A DNA stretch of 60,268 bases, the filler included, from Sphacelaria rigidula (taxonomy: Eukaryota), in NCBI GenBank assembly GCA_964200075.2. It is 2 parts of 2 records of this genome, joined end to end, with 100 filler letters (N's around TTAATTAATTAA, not from the genome) between each part and the next. Parts side by side here need not be neighbours in the genome. Positions count along the whole stretch, not along the records: positions 30,196 to 60,268 come from CAXNAA020000068.1; 1 more part is not named here. One strand, written 5' to 3'. Below the pieces are notes generated by a model. It did not search any database, had not been told where the DNA came from, and was given only the letters and a program-made list of their open reading frames with translations. Within the stretch, counting starts at the first letter, position 1. Every line of letters starts with the position of its first letter. The translations under genes and the position numbers were made by a program. Below are positions 35,568 to 49,207 of the stretch, piece after piece.

Positions 35568-37924
35568 CTAAGGCGAATTACACAAAGAGTAGTTCTCTTC
35601 ACCACATATAAATATCGAGTTGTTACTTGCTGAACATTATACCATCCACGTTGTGTGACCCGCGGTCGAAAGGAAGAAGATTTCCATGCAACCACAAATA
35701 TACGTCTGGCGCCTTCAGTTGGAGGTACATCACTGCAACGGCGAGCTGCAGATGGTGCTCTCCTACGTCGAAAGATGTACACTACTGGATCAACATAAAA
35801 ACCTCGAATGGGAAAATGGAAATTAATTTCGTGGGGATAGCAAACATCGGAGAACACCCGCACACAGTGAAGGGGGAACGAAATCGCCGGATGGCACCAC
35901 CACTTGCAACTCCCCAACCCTCCAATCACCCCAAGCAACGCCGAAAAAAAATGCCAACTTCAGGGAGCAAGATTTGTCTGGTGTTGTTTCAAATGTACGG
36001 ACATCGCTTTGTACAGTCTTGAGTAATGTTGTTCGCAACCTAGCCACATGTTTTCGCGTCCCCTGGATACGTAGAATACGAACGTGCTTAAGGTAGAATA
36101 CGTACCCTGAAATACCCGGTATTTTCAGGGTATTCAGCGCACACGACAATCCACACGACAATGTAGTACGCAGGGTATTAACTGTCGGTATTACCCCGCA
36201 TGACAGGGTACCAAGAGAATCAACTGCCGAAAATATCAAATATGTCAGGGTATCCAGGGCACAGACCGCAAAACTCACCAAGTGTTGAAGAGTCCCGAGG
36301 GTACCGGCAGCCAAAAGCACCGAGTACCACCGGGTACCTCAGGTACTCACCCCTCCCGAATATCTGATGTGGTACCCAGAGTACTGAGTACACGTACAGT
36401 ACTACGTACGCCAGTTACCTAGGGTATCGCATGTAAACAAAAGTCAGCATTCCAGGGTACCCAGGGAATGGACTGCTGAAAATAGCGGAGTGCCAAGCGT
36501 ATCGGAGGCGACCGAAGGATTTGGTCATAAATCTATGGTTGATTTTTTCGAACAAACTAACAGTAACGCTAACGCTAACCCTAACCCCGACTCAAGGCGT
36601 ACGAGACCCTCGGGCAAGGGGGGTGCATAGGTTCCCCCAGGGAAAGTGTGCTTTGGCAGACCTCAAATTGACGCCACATGCGCCGATTTCGAAAAAGACA
36701 CGTTCTGGACTAGCTGGGTCAACTGCTCACCTGCCCCAAAGCGTATTTTTTCTTAGAACTTTCTCAATTCTGAAATCAAGTAGTCATGTTATCAACCATA
36801 GATTGACGACCAAAGCTGTGCACCTACTGGCGTGTGGATACCCTCATATATTCGGCATTCCACGATACGTAATTCTGGACGAATGGTTATACTGGATAGC
36901 GAGGTAACGCTACTGTGGTTGTTGTTAGCGTGTATGGCGTAGTTGTAAGTTATCCAAATGAATTTGTCTTCGTCAGACGTAAAGAGCGGTAACCGAAACT
37001 TATTTGTTCAACTGCTTTTTGTTTAACTGCTTCGGCGTTCCAAAGGTGCCTGGGGCGGGAAGGTTCGTGGGACGGGGAATAACCTCAGGCATCCTGGATC
37101 GTCAGGATATTCGTATTATAGTACTCAGTACTGTAGGGTACTCAGGGTGGCAACTGCCTTGGATACTGCATTTTTTGGGGTACCTCGAATATCGGGTCGC
37201 CGAAGTACCCAGGACTGGTAAGCGGGGTACTTAGCGGGGTACTTAGTATATGTATGTACCGAGTATCCCGCGAACATCGGGTGTCGGCAGCCAAAAATAC
37301 CAAGTTTTCATAGTATGAAACAGCCGAGAGCTGAGTATTAGGATCCTTTGACTATCCACCCCTCAAAATGCCCAATGTGGACCCCGGAATATTGTGCTGA
37401 GGACAAATGTTTCACTGACTACTCCAAGTACCCAGGGCAACGACTACCGAAATCAATTGATATTTTGAATCATGAGGATGACCTGTGGCAGAGCATCTGA
37501 GAAGTGGAATCGGACACATACTGATGAAGAAGGACTAGAAAAATATCTCAAACTTGAGGTTCCCGGTGTAATTGACAATAAACTACTGTTGAATATACCT
37601 TGTGCCCTAGGCAGGACATGCATGCATGCATTCCCTGTATAATAAGCGGAACTTATTTCCGAGACGAAACAGGACCCGGGCTGGTAAGTCTGCATATGTT
37701 GCATGTGCATAAGTTGCCGTATCGTACTTCGTTCTGGGCAGGCCCCAAAACTGAAATTCCTTCCACTAGACATTTCTCAAAACCGCGGCGACATGTGGCA
37801 AAGAAAACACATCCCTGTGATCGGGAGATCGCCGCGCGTGTGCTCCGGCAGCTCTTTATGTACTTGATGGCGTTGATACAAAGCAAAACGTCGTGTGCCA
37901 AAAATATACTGAGTTAAGTAGAGG

Positions 37925-39058
37925 GCGAAACGGTGGTCTAATGATCAGACTGTCGCCGTCAGGGCGCAGAGAACATGGGTTCGATTCCCACCCGATGCAT
38001 TTGTTTTTTCCTCTTCGGAAAAAACTATCTTCATCGTCGAAAACGTGAGGGCGTGGGGAGAGATGGGTTGATCTCTGGAGTCCGCGAGCTCGTCCCGAGG
38101 AGGGGGAGGGGGATTCGGGTGTAAAATAAAAAAACGTGTGCCGATAGGGTGGGAAGAAAAAAGAGATCATGTGCCGAAATATACCAGATTAAGTACATCA
38201 GCACGTGCCCAAGTATTCGCCAAGAGGAATGTGCCGGCGATAGTGCCACGCACGAAAGCTATGATGGGACGTCGAAACATGTTGACGTCTGCGCAGCGTG
38301 AGGTTACGCGCTGGGTCGGCGGTGTCCGCATGCACGAGTCCCACACTCCCACCAGGTGCGCTGTACTTTCTGTACCATACGTCTCCCTTGGCTGCCACGA
38401 CTCACTTCCGAACAATATTATTGTTGGAACCCCATCGTCACATAAAAGTTGCCGTAGTACATGGGAAAATGGTCCGTACCATCCTCTGCAGTATTCACGT
38501 TGTTGTTTTCCACTCACGTAAGTATTTTGCGCCGGGTTCGTCATCAGAAAGGTCACGCATGTAAGGTTTTCTCGAAAGAGGGCGTGGCAACCAAGGGAGT
38601 GCTTCGTGTAGTACAGAAACTGCAACGCAGCTGGTGAGAGTGTGGGACTCGCGCACGCGGATACCACCGACCCAGCGGGTAAACTCACGCTGCGCAGACG
38701 TTAATATATTTCATTGTCCCACTAAAGCTATCATACGTGGCAGAATCGCCCCCACTCACTTTCTCCCTGCCGAATATTTGGGCACGTGCTGTACTTAGCC
38801 TGGTATATAGTTGGCACCTGGCTTGTTTCTTTGTCACTCTCTATCGGCACACGAGTTTTTTTTTGTCACACTGTAAACCCCTCAACTTCCTCGGGACGAG
38901 TCCGTGGTCTCGGGGGATCAACTGCTCTCTCCTGAAGTCGTCACGCTTTCGATGGTAACAATAATATTTATCGAAGAAAAAGAAGCGCGTCTGGCGGAAA
39001 TCGAACCTACGATATCTTCACCCTGACGGTGACAGCCCGGTCATTGGACTACGGGGGC
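37925..39058. mobile_element. Inverted pair of ~490-bp tRNA-headed (SINE-like) elements
   Basis: 37925-38415 is the diverged reverse complement of 38566-39058, and both outer ends carry Pol III A/B boxes. Confidence 0.7.
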
Positions 39059-39454
39059 ACTTTTTCCACGCGAAAACTCTAAAACGACGATGCGCCACTC
39101 ATTTTCTCAGGGCTTAGAGTGGAACCTCGGCACCAGAGAAACCGCACTCAGACCTACCTTGTCCCGAATCTAGCCCCTTCTTTTTCTCTCTCTCGCTTGA
39201 GGGATTTGAAAATAGTCCAACAAATCGAATCGCCCAATAAAGTTCGGGTGATTTTTTTTTAGAAGGCCGAGGTCGTAACACGATAGGCCCAAGTGATGGT
39301 GCATAGATTTGCTGCACGCCAATACTATGCTACCAGCCCACTACGGTAATAATTAATGCATTCGATACCCTACTCAGCGCAACACCGTGGTACAGTGGTG
39401 AACGGACACTATGGTAGACGAAGAGACCGGAGCTCAGTACACTTGACAGCCACG

Positions 39455-39926
39455 CAAACAAAACACACGCCAGGCACGACGGCACGGGATCTCCGCTGAG
39501 GGAATGAGGAAGACATTTGTTTCGAAAACTCAATAATACAGTATTTTAATCCCAGGTATCCACGCCTGAGAGGATACCGTATCATGGATCGTCTACCCAT
39601 CGCACTCTGTTCGCTTCAGCTCGAATACATCCCGAAATGTGGCGAGTAGGGTGGGAGGTTCAACGCACGGGATAATGCGGCTGCAGCCTGCAAACAAAAC
39701 ACACGCCAGGCACGACGGCACGGGATCTCCCCTGAGGGAATGAGGAAGACATTAGTTTCGAAAACTCAACAATACAGTATTTTAATCCCAGGTATCTACG
39801 CCTGATAGGATACCGTATCATAGATCATCTACCCATCGCACTCTGTTCGCTTCAGCTCGAATACATCCCGAAATGTGGCGAGTTGGGTGGGAGGTTCAAC
39901 GCACGGGATAATGCGGCTGCAGCCTG
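39455..39926. repeat. Tandem duplication, 2 x 236 bp
   Basis: 39455-39690 and 39691-39926 differ by only a few substitutions. Confidence 0.9.
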
Positions 39927-42900
39927 TAGACTGTTATATGCCTTCTGGACCCCTGACAGCAGAGGGTACAGCAGGGTGAGTAGAGTAGTTCGAGTCCCAC
40001 CTGTGCGTGGTACATGTACACAACAAAGTACAGACAACACTTGTGCAATATCGCAGTACAACACCTTTGCAACCTGCACAGTAGAATACATATAATACAG
40101 AGTAGGCTCCACGGCATGAGTGTACTGTGGACAGTGGTGCAATGTACTACAGCACGATGGAAAACAGTCAACACAGACTGTTGTACAGTACAGTAGTCAC
40201 TACAGCAACAGTATCCCACATGCGCACCACACGAAACGGGTTCGAACGCAACACCAGATATCGAAGGTTATCACCTTATTGCTTGATGATGGTGCCTATC
40301 ACGTGTAGTTGCTTCTGGTTGTGTGCTAGATCAGGATGTCGTGGGTTTGTGAGATACAGAGAGATATTATGACTCTAGACTAGATCCAAGTCGCTTCGAA
40401 CACAACGCCCAGTCAGTTTGCTGTAACCAAGTTCAACTCCTAATGAGATGTTTTCAAAACGCCGAAAACAAATGCGGCGTAATATGTGCTGTATGCGGGT
40501 TGTTCTCAAACTCAGTCAAAACTGAAAAATCGGGTTATTCCCCAATCACACCGTGAACATCACCTGAACTCCACAAGGCACGGCACACTCCACCCCAAGA
40601 ATCATCGCGTCAACCCTCGTGCTCTTCATAATCTAAGCTGTAGCCGGCGCGGGAAGGTGCACGGTGTGAAGCTCGCAGCGAAGCTAGGCCGTCTTTGTCT
40701 CCAGTTCTGTTTTATTCTTAGTGCACCACAGCTCAATGGAAATAGAGACCTCACCACCCCCACCACCACGACGCGCAGATACACCGTGCCCGTCGGCGTC
40801 TCTAGACCTTCATTGTCAACCCAATCGCCACCAGATCCAGATGGTCAACTCTTCAGTGGTATCAGGCCAGGGGCAGTTCCGTAGGCGAGGTACACACGGT
40901 AGTAGTGGTGGAAGCGGCAGCGGGAGCGCTACTGCGGCTTTCGTTCTGCTACCTGATGGAGGTGGGGGTTCCGGCTGTGGTATGGCGAACCGCCGGTTTA
41001 TCGAGCTCGCTGCGGGAACAACAGTGGTGAGTTTTCTGTGACCCGTTTAGGCTAGGGTAGCGGGCGGGGGGCACAGAGGGTGGATAGCAGAAGGATTCAG
41101 CGACGGCAAGATTCGCAAGGAACATACGATGCGCTAAAGTCATGAGTGGTATGCTATAGGTTTGTGGTTGTCTGGGTCACTGCCGCTAATGTCTGCAAGG
41201 TGTGGGTGGCACGTAGTCTTCGCTACGACTTGTTTAGCTCCCTGTATTTGTGCATCAGTATTTCCTCGAACACTCCGAAAGTCCTGTGTTCAGTCACGTA
41301 CAGACTGTAGTCCTGTGTCCCTCGCTTGCTCCCCAGCGACGATTTGTTGCGTCTGTCGGGTCTCCGTACTTGGAGCACCGTTCACCCCTTCTTCGCGACG
41401 TAGGATGTTTGACGATACCGTACATTCATGCTAGAGTTGCACAAGCCATGTCTTCTTCATCTTGCTACCTGTAGATGACAGCCCAACCCCTGGATTGAGT
41501 GAAAAATATGCTTCGCTGGTGTTGTTTTTCGCTGACAGCATGGAGCCCCTCCTTACACACTCAGCAGTGCAAACGGTGCAGTCGGCGTAGACACTGCATG
41601 AGCCATCCAGCTTTAACGCAGCAGCGAAGCCGATATCCAGCTTCCCCCCACGTTATTCGCTAAAATCAGGAGGGCCCCGAGCTGACTAGAAATGAATCAC
41701 GCGAAAGCTCCATGTAGTCATGAATCATACTGCAGATGGGCAGCAGTCAAATGGTTGGTCTCCTAGAGCATCTCATACCGAGATCGAGAATCGAAAATTG
41801 CTCGCGTTTTTTAAAAAGCAGTTTCTGTTACACCCTATGATTGATCGGTGCGATACCACCCCCCTCTCCCTCACCCCCGCCCCGTCCGCTCCTCTCCAAT
41901 CTCCCCACAACATATGTTTTGCATGAGCGATCCAAGAAACGTTATTCTGAATGTCTCGAAAGTAGCTTGCGCAAGCGTTAAATAGTTGCTCAAATGTGAG
42001 CGTCAACATCAAAACCGTGGATGTAAAGCTGTGTTGGCGTCACTACCCCCCCGCTGAACCAGAACTGATAGCTCGAGCCTTGCGTGGCTGTCGATCTGTC
42101 GAGTATTTTGCGCTTGGCCGTGACTAAATCTGTTGGATTTGAAATAGGCACCATGACAGAAGCGACAAATTTGTCCCGGGCGCATGCTGGAAAATACCCA
42201 CACGACAGTTCAGCAACATGATATTTTTGGTTTAGAAATGATCCGCACGTGCCGCCTTGGATGCTCGAGAGATTCGTGTCAAACAACGGCGGAAGATCAA
42301 CGACAGCTAGTGCTGGAGGTGATGCGCGTATGTGACGGGTGCCCTCTTCTTTGGGCTCTGTGTCTTTCCGTTTGCCCTGCTGTACTACTGTACTGTTGTT
42401 GTTCCGTTTCCTCGTCGCGTGATCTTTGTACTAGTTCTGTACGGAGATGTTCCACGAACGACCACTGCAAGAACGACGAATCTTTGCAGTTGCTCGTAAT
42501 CCTAACTGGCGAAATCGTGTACTCAATACAACTACTGTAGTCTGTTGTAAAGTGGTGTTGTGTGCATTGATATGTGTGCGAAGTGACCCTGAAAAGCGTT
42601 TTTTCTGTCCCGATGAGACACGGGCCTTCGTCGTCTGTTTTGCTTCCCCCGGTTTTGTGCGCTTTTCTTCGAAAGCGGAAGCGGCGCCGTGAGGCTTCCT
42701 GACACCGTATTTTTCGAGTCATCTCTCTGACACTCATCTGTGGAATCGATATCATTTTCACTTGAGAAACAAGTTTATGGACCAGATGATGACCCCTGAC
42801 CCACGAAAGACTGCGAGCTTCGCCTCGAAACAATTGCGCCGGGTGGCATTTCGGAGATATTCAGAAGTGTCCAGCGGGCGGGAGGGAGGGGGGAAGGGGG

Positions 42901-45900
42901 GTTGAGAGGGGGTGAGTGACTGTTCGCATATCAACCTCCAAGCCCACGACTTTACCACGTGTGTGTTGGAGGTTTGTCGCCGAAAAATTTCAGCTTGAAA
43001 TGCGCCTACAGAAGAGGGGCGTGGCCAATTGTGCAACGACGGGGTAAGGAAAGTAAACATGGGCGAGCGAAGGGCGTACTTTCTGCCCTGTTCATAGTTT
43101 CTGTCCCCCGTTTGGCGCCTCATATGCCATCAACACGATTAACACGGTATATAGTGTTGGTGTTGGGAAACATGACGAGATATCAACAGCCTGTAGTAAC
43201 TGTGTTCCAGCGGAGAAAGATGACCTTCCTCTTCATACCGTTGTATTCAGCCACTGTGGAAGAAAAGTTCACATTTATGGCAGAGAGCAGTAGCAGCTGC
43301 AGCAAAATATCGAGACCGTCAAGAGGGAAGAACAGTTGAGACGATGTGGCATGCGTGCAAGATCACAACATTCTTGAAGTGTGTCAGCCCTGCCCCGAAA
43401 GGAGAAGACAACAGGACTGTTGGGATAGCATACAGGTACTGTACTGCAATTTACAGCGAAAGGTTTACCCCTGTCGATTTGACACGTTCATTTTCCAGTA
43501 AAAATGGTGACAAACGACTGTTTGGACCCTCTGACCGCTGCGGATGGTCAAATGGGTCGTGGTGTGTACTCCATACACTCATTTCTCGAATGAAGAAATC
43601 ATGTTGAATCAACAGACCAGTGCTTGGAGGGTAGACCTTTTGACCCTGAACCCATTTGAATCTTGTATGAAGGAGCAACCGAACACCATGAACGATACAC
43701 ACAACAGTGACGCATTGGCATTATTTTCTTCACATTACATCGATTTGGTTGAACGACCACGTACCACACCGTACGTACTACACCATACCCACTGTGACCC
43801 AACACTACAGTACACTACGTACACACCACTTCGAGTGTCGTGATGCAATGGTGATATCGTCTGTGTCGTTGCGTCGTTAGTGTCAAAGTATCTCATTCGA
43901 TTGGAAATATATCACGTGATGTTGTACAGTGTGTACTACCTCGGTACCTCGTACGATTCATCTTCGTCCTCAAATGTTTGTACTGGCAAGTGAGGTTCCG
44001 AGGATCACTGTGTCTCATACGGTCGATCTTTTCTACTTTACTGTAGTGTTCAATCCCTATAGTGCGCTGTCGTCTTGTGTACTGGCTCCACCCAAGTACT
44101 GCTGTATTGCAGTAGGCCGCTTCACTGATACGGAGCACAGTTGCACCGTACGAGTACAAGTGCTGACCTGTATTTTTCTTGTAAATTCTTCATATCCTGT
44201 ACGACTATACGACATGCGATCGCCCAGACGAAACACTTGTTGACAGTACACGAGAAAACCACATATTCGCGGGTACTGGGGGGACAAATAGCGCTCGAAA
44301 TCATCGAGCTCCCGCTTTGGTACAGTCATGATAGGGAACTGTGCGCTGACCAAGGACGCGGAAACGCGTGCTGCACACCGTTGGAGCCATCGAGAATGTT
44401 GGCGCCGACTGGCCCGACTCGGAATCTTTCGCCACCACTCCGAAATCAAGAACGTTTCAACCATGAAAAAGTGATGAGCTGCAGTGAGCTGCATCATCTC
44501 ATCTAGGCCGGTTACTGTCCGCGTCGGTCGTTCTGATTCCCCTCATCCATGCTCCATATCATACCTCCTCCCTTTCAGATATTGTTCGTGCAGTGCAGCA
44601 GTGTAGTGGATTGTCGTGTGGCACGCATATACTCGAGTCCGGTCTGAACATAACTACATGATGTAACCTCTACCGTCCGGATTTTCCGTTTCGTACCCCC
44701 CGGCCTGAACTTGATGAGTAGGTCTTAGCTGTACGGTTGTGTGACTACATCTGCTGCATGTACTAACAATGCTGTGATAACTATACAGCGACGGCGGAAG
44801 TATCTGAAATTCGAGACTCCCGCTACGTTCAACAGTAATTTTACTGTTGAATTATACTAGAAACCTCGAGTTCAAGATGCCTTCTCTGTACTGTGGTGGA
44901 AGTCGGAGACTCTACGTTTACAGTATTCAAAAGTGCCTGCTCGCCTTGTGAATGCCGACACGGCATGATGGCTTTCAAAAAGTCGCTTCAGTCTTTCGAG
45001 TCGGAAGTATCGTTGACTATCGTTGTTAATCCTTGTGCGGTACTAACTGCCACATCACACGCACTTGAGCAGATGGAACACACGTGCAGTTTTTCGCTCA
45101 CGCTCGACACCACGAGACAAATCAATGACTTGGTGAACCACAGAAGGAATGAAAGCAACGGCGCAACTCACGCACCGGAAGTGACTCGCAACTTGTACCG
45201 TGCTTCCCATAAAACATCAAATTGTAGTAAAGAACAAAACCTTTTTCGTGTGTTCCCGCTATTTTTCTGTTTTATATGCACAGTGTGGTGTTGCAAGCGC
45301 ACTGTGTTCAACATCCTCCACCATGTACATACAAGTTTCAGCACGACACAACGGCTCCATTTCTCCCCCTTCTCCCCTCCTCAAGAGCAATGATTTCAAC
45401 ATTCTCTACAAGAGCCCTCTAAGTGCCAGAGTTCTTCCCAGTTCGGAACCATTCTGGGTCAGCTCAAACTCCATTTGTGGTGTAATTCACAACAAAATTA
45501 CGGTGAATTATATCGGTAACCTCGAGTTTGAGATACCTCTAATCTCCAATCATCTTTGATGTCACCCGGGGTGAAGCAAAAAATCGAGATTCGGATCTTG
45601 GGCATGGTCGATCGTCCCAAGTGCTACGTAACAGCGAGCGCAAGAAATATTAAAATAGCGTGCGCACAACGTTTTTTTCTCCAGATGGATGAACCCCAGG
45701 AAGGATCCTGTTTGTAAAAGAGTTGCTGTTTTTTTGGTCTGTAAACTCACACGTCTTCCTCCGAAAGAAAAAAGCTCACACATTAGTCGTCAGAATGTCG
45801 ATTGCTTGATTTCAACGAATGTTTTTGTCCATGTCGACGCCGCAGGCACCAATTTGAGATTTGCCAACAGACACCTTGCGTAGATCAATCCCTCCACCCT

Positions 45901-46955
45901 CGTTGCGCAAGGGTTTTCGTCTGCCGTGGTCGGGCTTGGGTGGCTTCTCATCAAGGATGACAATCACTGTTCATATAATCACTTTTCACAAATGATTGTT
46001 TCCAAATGACCAGTTCTGGGGCTTGTCGAGAAGCAGTTTTGTCCAGATCGAAGCTCAGATCTGCACACCGTACAGTTTCAGAAATGCGGAAATTAGAAAT
46101 TATGGAAGAGTTCGTGAACGCAGCATCTCTGTACTGCTAGAGGCAAGGCAACAAGGCAACGCAAGACCTACACGCCGAGTCTCGAAAAAGCACATACAAA
46201 CATCCACCACTCACGCGTATTTGCTCTAGCGCTAGATGTTGCTCATCTACACACGACAGCCCTTATCTGGCGGAAATCCGGCCGGAATTGGAGGAAACGC
46301 GGCCGCGTACGTGTCAAATTACACCCGAAAACATGCCGTTGCTTGGGCCATATCTTACCGAGACCAGAAGAAAAAAAAGCATAAAATGGAACGAGCGCTC
46401 GGAAGTCGCACGTTGATTGGTCGCCGCAACCATCAACCCGTCCGGCGATCAATCATGCTGCTTCAGACGCTTGTTCCCTTTCACGCTTTTTTTTTTGTCT
46501 CGGATGAGACACGGCGTGACCGTCACCGTGTGTGCGTGTACTGTGCGCGCGTCTCACACAAATAATCGTTCCTCACCAGGTTCTCCACAGATTTGAGCCA
46601 GGTCACGGACAAATATTTGACTGATGAGCAGCTGTGACTCCAGCTGTTCTTGGTTTTCGGGGGCAATACAATCTTCAATCCTCCAGTAAAAGTTTGCAGG
46701 TGTTGGATTGTGAAACCTTCCCACGTGCCCGCGTCAACGGTCTATTTTTGTTCGCGCCCGAGCTACGAGTATCACAGAATCACTTTTCCAAAAGTGAATC
46801 GGGTTTCATGAACTGTTTCGTCACACCATCTGTAATGGAAGCGAATCCTGAATTTTAGAGATGACGAACTTTACAGAATCGAGGTCACTCATGTTGGCAG
46901 AAGTCAGATTTGCAGGGATCCCATCGTTTCTCACAGATTTGGTGAAGAAATCCCA

Positions 46956-47191
46956 TGTGTGTGTGTGTGTGTGTGCGTTGTCCCATCTGTTCTGGACGCC
47001 GATCTACACCTTTCGGTATATGTGGGCGCACCAGCCGAGGTCACAGAGGAGGAAGGTCAACACGTTTTTGTTTCTTTTTTATTTGTTTTCAGTACCCGAC
47101 CTTCCTTCTGCGGTGCTCGCCTTCTTTTTTTATTGCGAGAGGGGTCCAGCAGTCCCTTTTCGTCGTCGACCGTTGAGTCGAATTTCGTACC
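46956..47191 (-). mobile_element. 5'-truncated SINE copy with (CA)n tail
   Basis: Matches the 3' part of 10378-10770; (TG)n on the plus strand at 46956. Confidence 0.75.
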
Positions 47192-48020
47192 GAGGGTTAT
47201 TTCCCGCGGGGGTGTCGTGAGGCATAATACTGAAACCGGACAGGCAGGCAGTGAATCATCAATCAACCTTGAAGAGTAGTGTCGTACCGTGGCACCCTTA
47301 GGTGAAACACGTTCAGCGAGTGCAGTACACTCCGTCACAGGACACCACCTTGCCGTGCGATAACACATGATTTTCACGGTAGTATTGCAACAACAGTGCA
47401 GCACGAGGTGCGGTACCTTATGTCTTTCCCCGAGTACAGCAGCAGACACGCTGCAGAACAGCCAGTGCAGCGCAGTATTTTACCATCGCCGCAGCGTAGC
47501 GTGTCAACACGTCTTCTCCGCTTTGCCAAACCCCGTGCGCGCTATCTGTGCTACGAAGCTGCTCCAGCAGCTAGTTATAGCGCGGGCAGGCACGGCCTGT
47601 GCTGGCACGAGACAGCTGCTGAGGTTTTGAAATTATCAAATGCCTCTTGCTCTATCAGTGCACTTGACTGTACGTACCTCATTTTCTACAGGTGAGAGGG
47701 ATCTCAACGTTACCCCGATCTGGAGCGTACATCGGGGAAAATAGCACGAAAATGAATGATCTCGATATGCTGTGAGCTCCCTCTATCTGAGTGAAATTTG
47801 GGGCCACAAAAGGCGTTGCCTGATCTGAGGTCCCTGATCTGCGGACAGATGGAGATTTGTGACAGCCATAGAACCGGTCTCGGTTGGGGCGTATCTTTGC
47901 ACCTTTTTTTCGATCGAAAAAGTGCGGTCAATGTTTTTTTCGCCGATCTGATAGACCCACCGCATTGATGTTCCTATGAGACATCATCTCAAGATTATGT
48001 TTTGCGCCGTGCGCGCGCGC

Positions 48021-48338
48021 GTGTGTGTGTGTTGTCGTCCCATCCATTCTGGACGCCGGTCTACACCTTTCGGTATATGTGGGCTCATCAGCCGGGGTCA
48101 CACAGGAGGAGGGTCAACACAGGGGCTTTTATTTTTATTTTTTTTAGTACCCCACCTTCATTCTGCGGTGCTTGCCTTTATTTTTTTTCGCGAGAGGGGT
48201 TCAGCAGTCCCTTTCCCTCGTCGACCGTCAAGTCGAATTTGTGTACCCACGACATAGTCGCTCTCCACTGCTAAGTATGGTGTGAGAAAAAATCCCAGAT
48301 CGCTCTGAGAATGGGATCCACGACCCAACCGTCAAAAG
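48021..48338 (-). mobile_element. SINE copy truncated inside the tRNA head, (CA)n tail
   Basis: Matches ~10410-10770; possible TSD GCGCGTG at ~48017 and ~48338. Confidence 0.8.
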
Positions 48339-48860
48339 CGCGTGGAAAAAAGATATTCGAGACAAAAAATGCCTATGTTCGATCGAAATCGTGCGGTGGA
48401 AAACGAAAAGTTCGATCCGATAAATCGCAGTTTCAACTATCGCAGTTTATTTTGAAGATGGTTGAAATCACGATCAATCAGATTGGAATTTTTGTCTTCC
48501 ACCCCACTTTTTCGTCATAAAAGCACTTCCTGGAATTATTCTACGAAAGTGATACGGGGGGACTTTCGGGGAGGATGGTGTCGCAGCGACTACTGGTCAT
48601 TTTTTCCTCACGTGACCTTTTGTAAAGCGATGACCATCTTCGATAAAAGAAAAACCGCTTCAGGTTTTGTGTTGTTGTTGTGGAAACGCTCATGAACGAT
48701 TCTCACGACTTGAAAGTAAGCCCTCCTTTTTCCTGAGAATTTTCTACACCGCCCTTGCCCAAGAGCTCTGGGTGCGCCTCGGGTTGGGGCTAGGGGGAGG
48801 GTTGGGGTTGTATTTGTCCTGGTTCGGAGCCATTTATTTTTCACTGTTGACACGTTATAA

Positions 48861-49050
48861 GGCCGTGTCTTATCAGATTGTTTTCGACTCGAAAACGTAC
48901 GGTGGAATCGAATTCGCTCTTACTTGATACGTCCACGGCACCCATGTTCTCAACCATCGGAGAATATAAAGAGCGTGGGCAAATCAGAAACGAGGGAATT
49001 CGATTCGACCGCACGTTTTCGAGACGAAAACAATTCGATAAGACACGGCC
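48861..49050. mobile_element. PIF/Harbinger-like (Tourist-type) MITE, 190 bp
   Basis: ~60-bp imperfect TIRs GGCCGTGTCTTATC...GATAAGACACGGCC flanked by TAA / TGA. Confidence 0.7.
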
Positions 49051-49061
49051 TGACCACTAGA

Positions 49062-49207
49062 CCCTAGACCGCGAAGAGGCTAGTCCACAGTTGAGGTCTC
49101 GCAATAATCCTCCCGCGAGGATGGGGGTCACCTGCGGAATCGGTATCAATTTCGATTGGAAAAAGTACGTGTGATCCAGATGGACTACCCGTATCGCGGT
49201 CCAAGGG
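49062..49207. mobile_element. piggyBac-like MITE copy
   Basis: CCCTAGACCGCGA...TCGCGGTCCAAGGG ends; same internal core as 50288-50388 and the 52.3-53.0 kb array. Confidence 0.6.

Noticed and set aside
36564-36589. Interstitial telomere
   Set aside because: Only one perfect CCCTAA unit amid degenerate ones.
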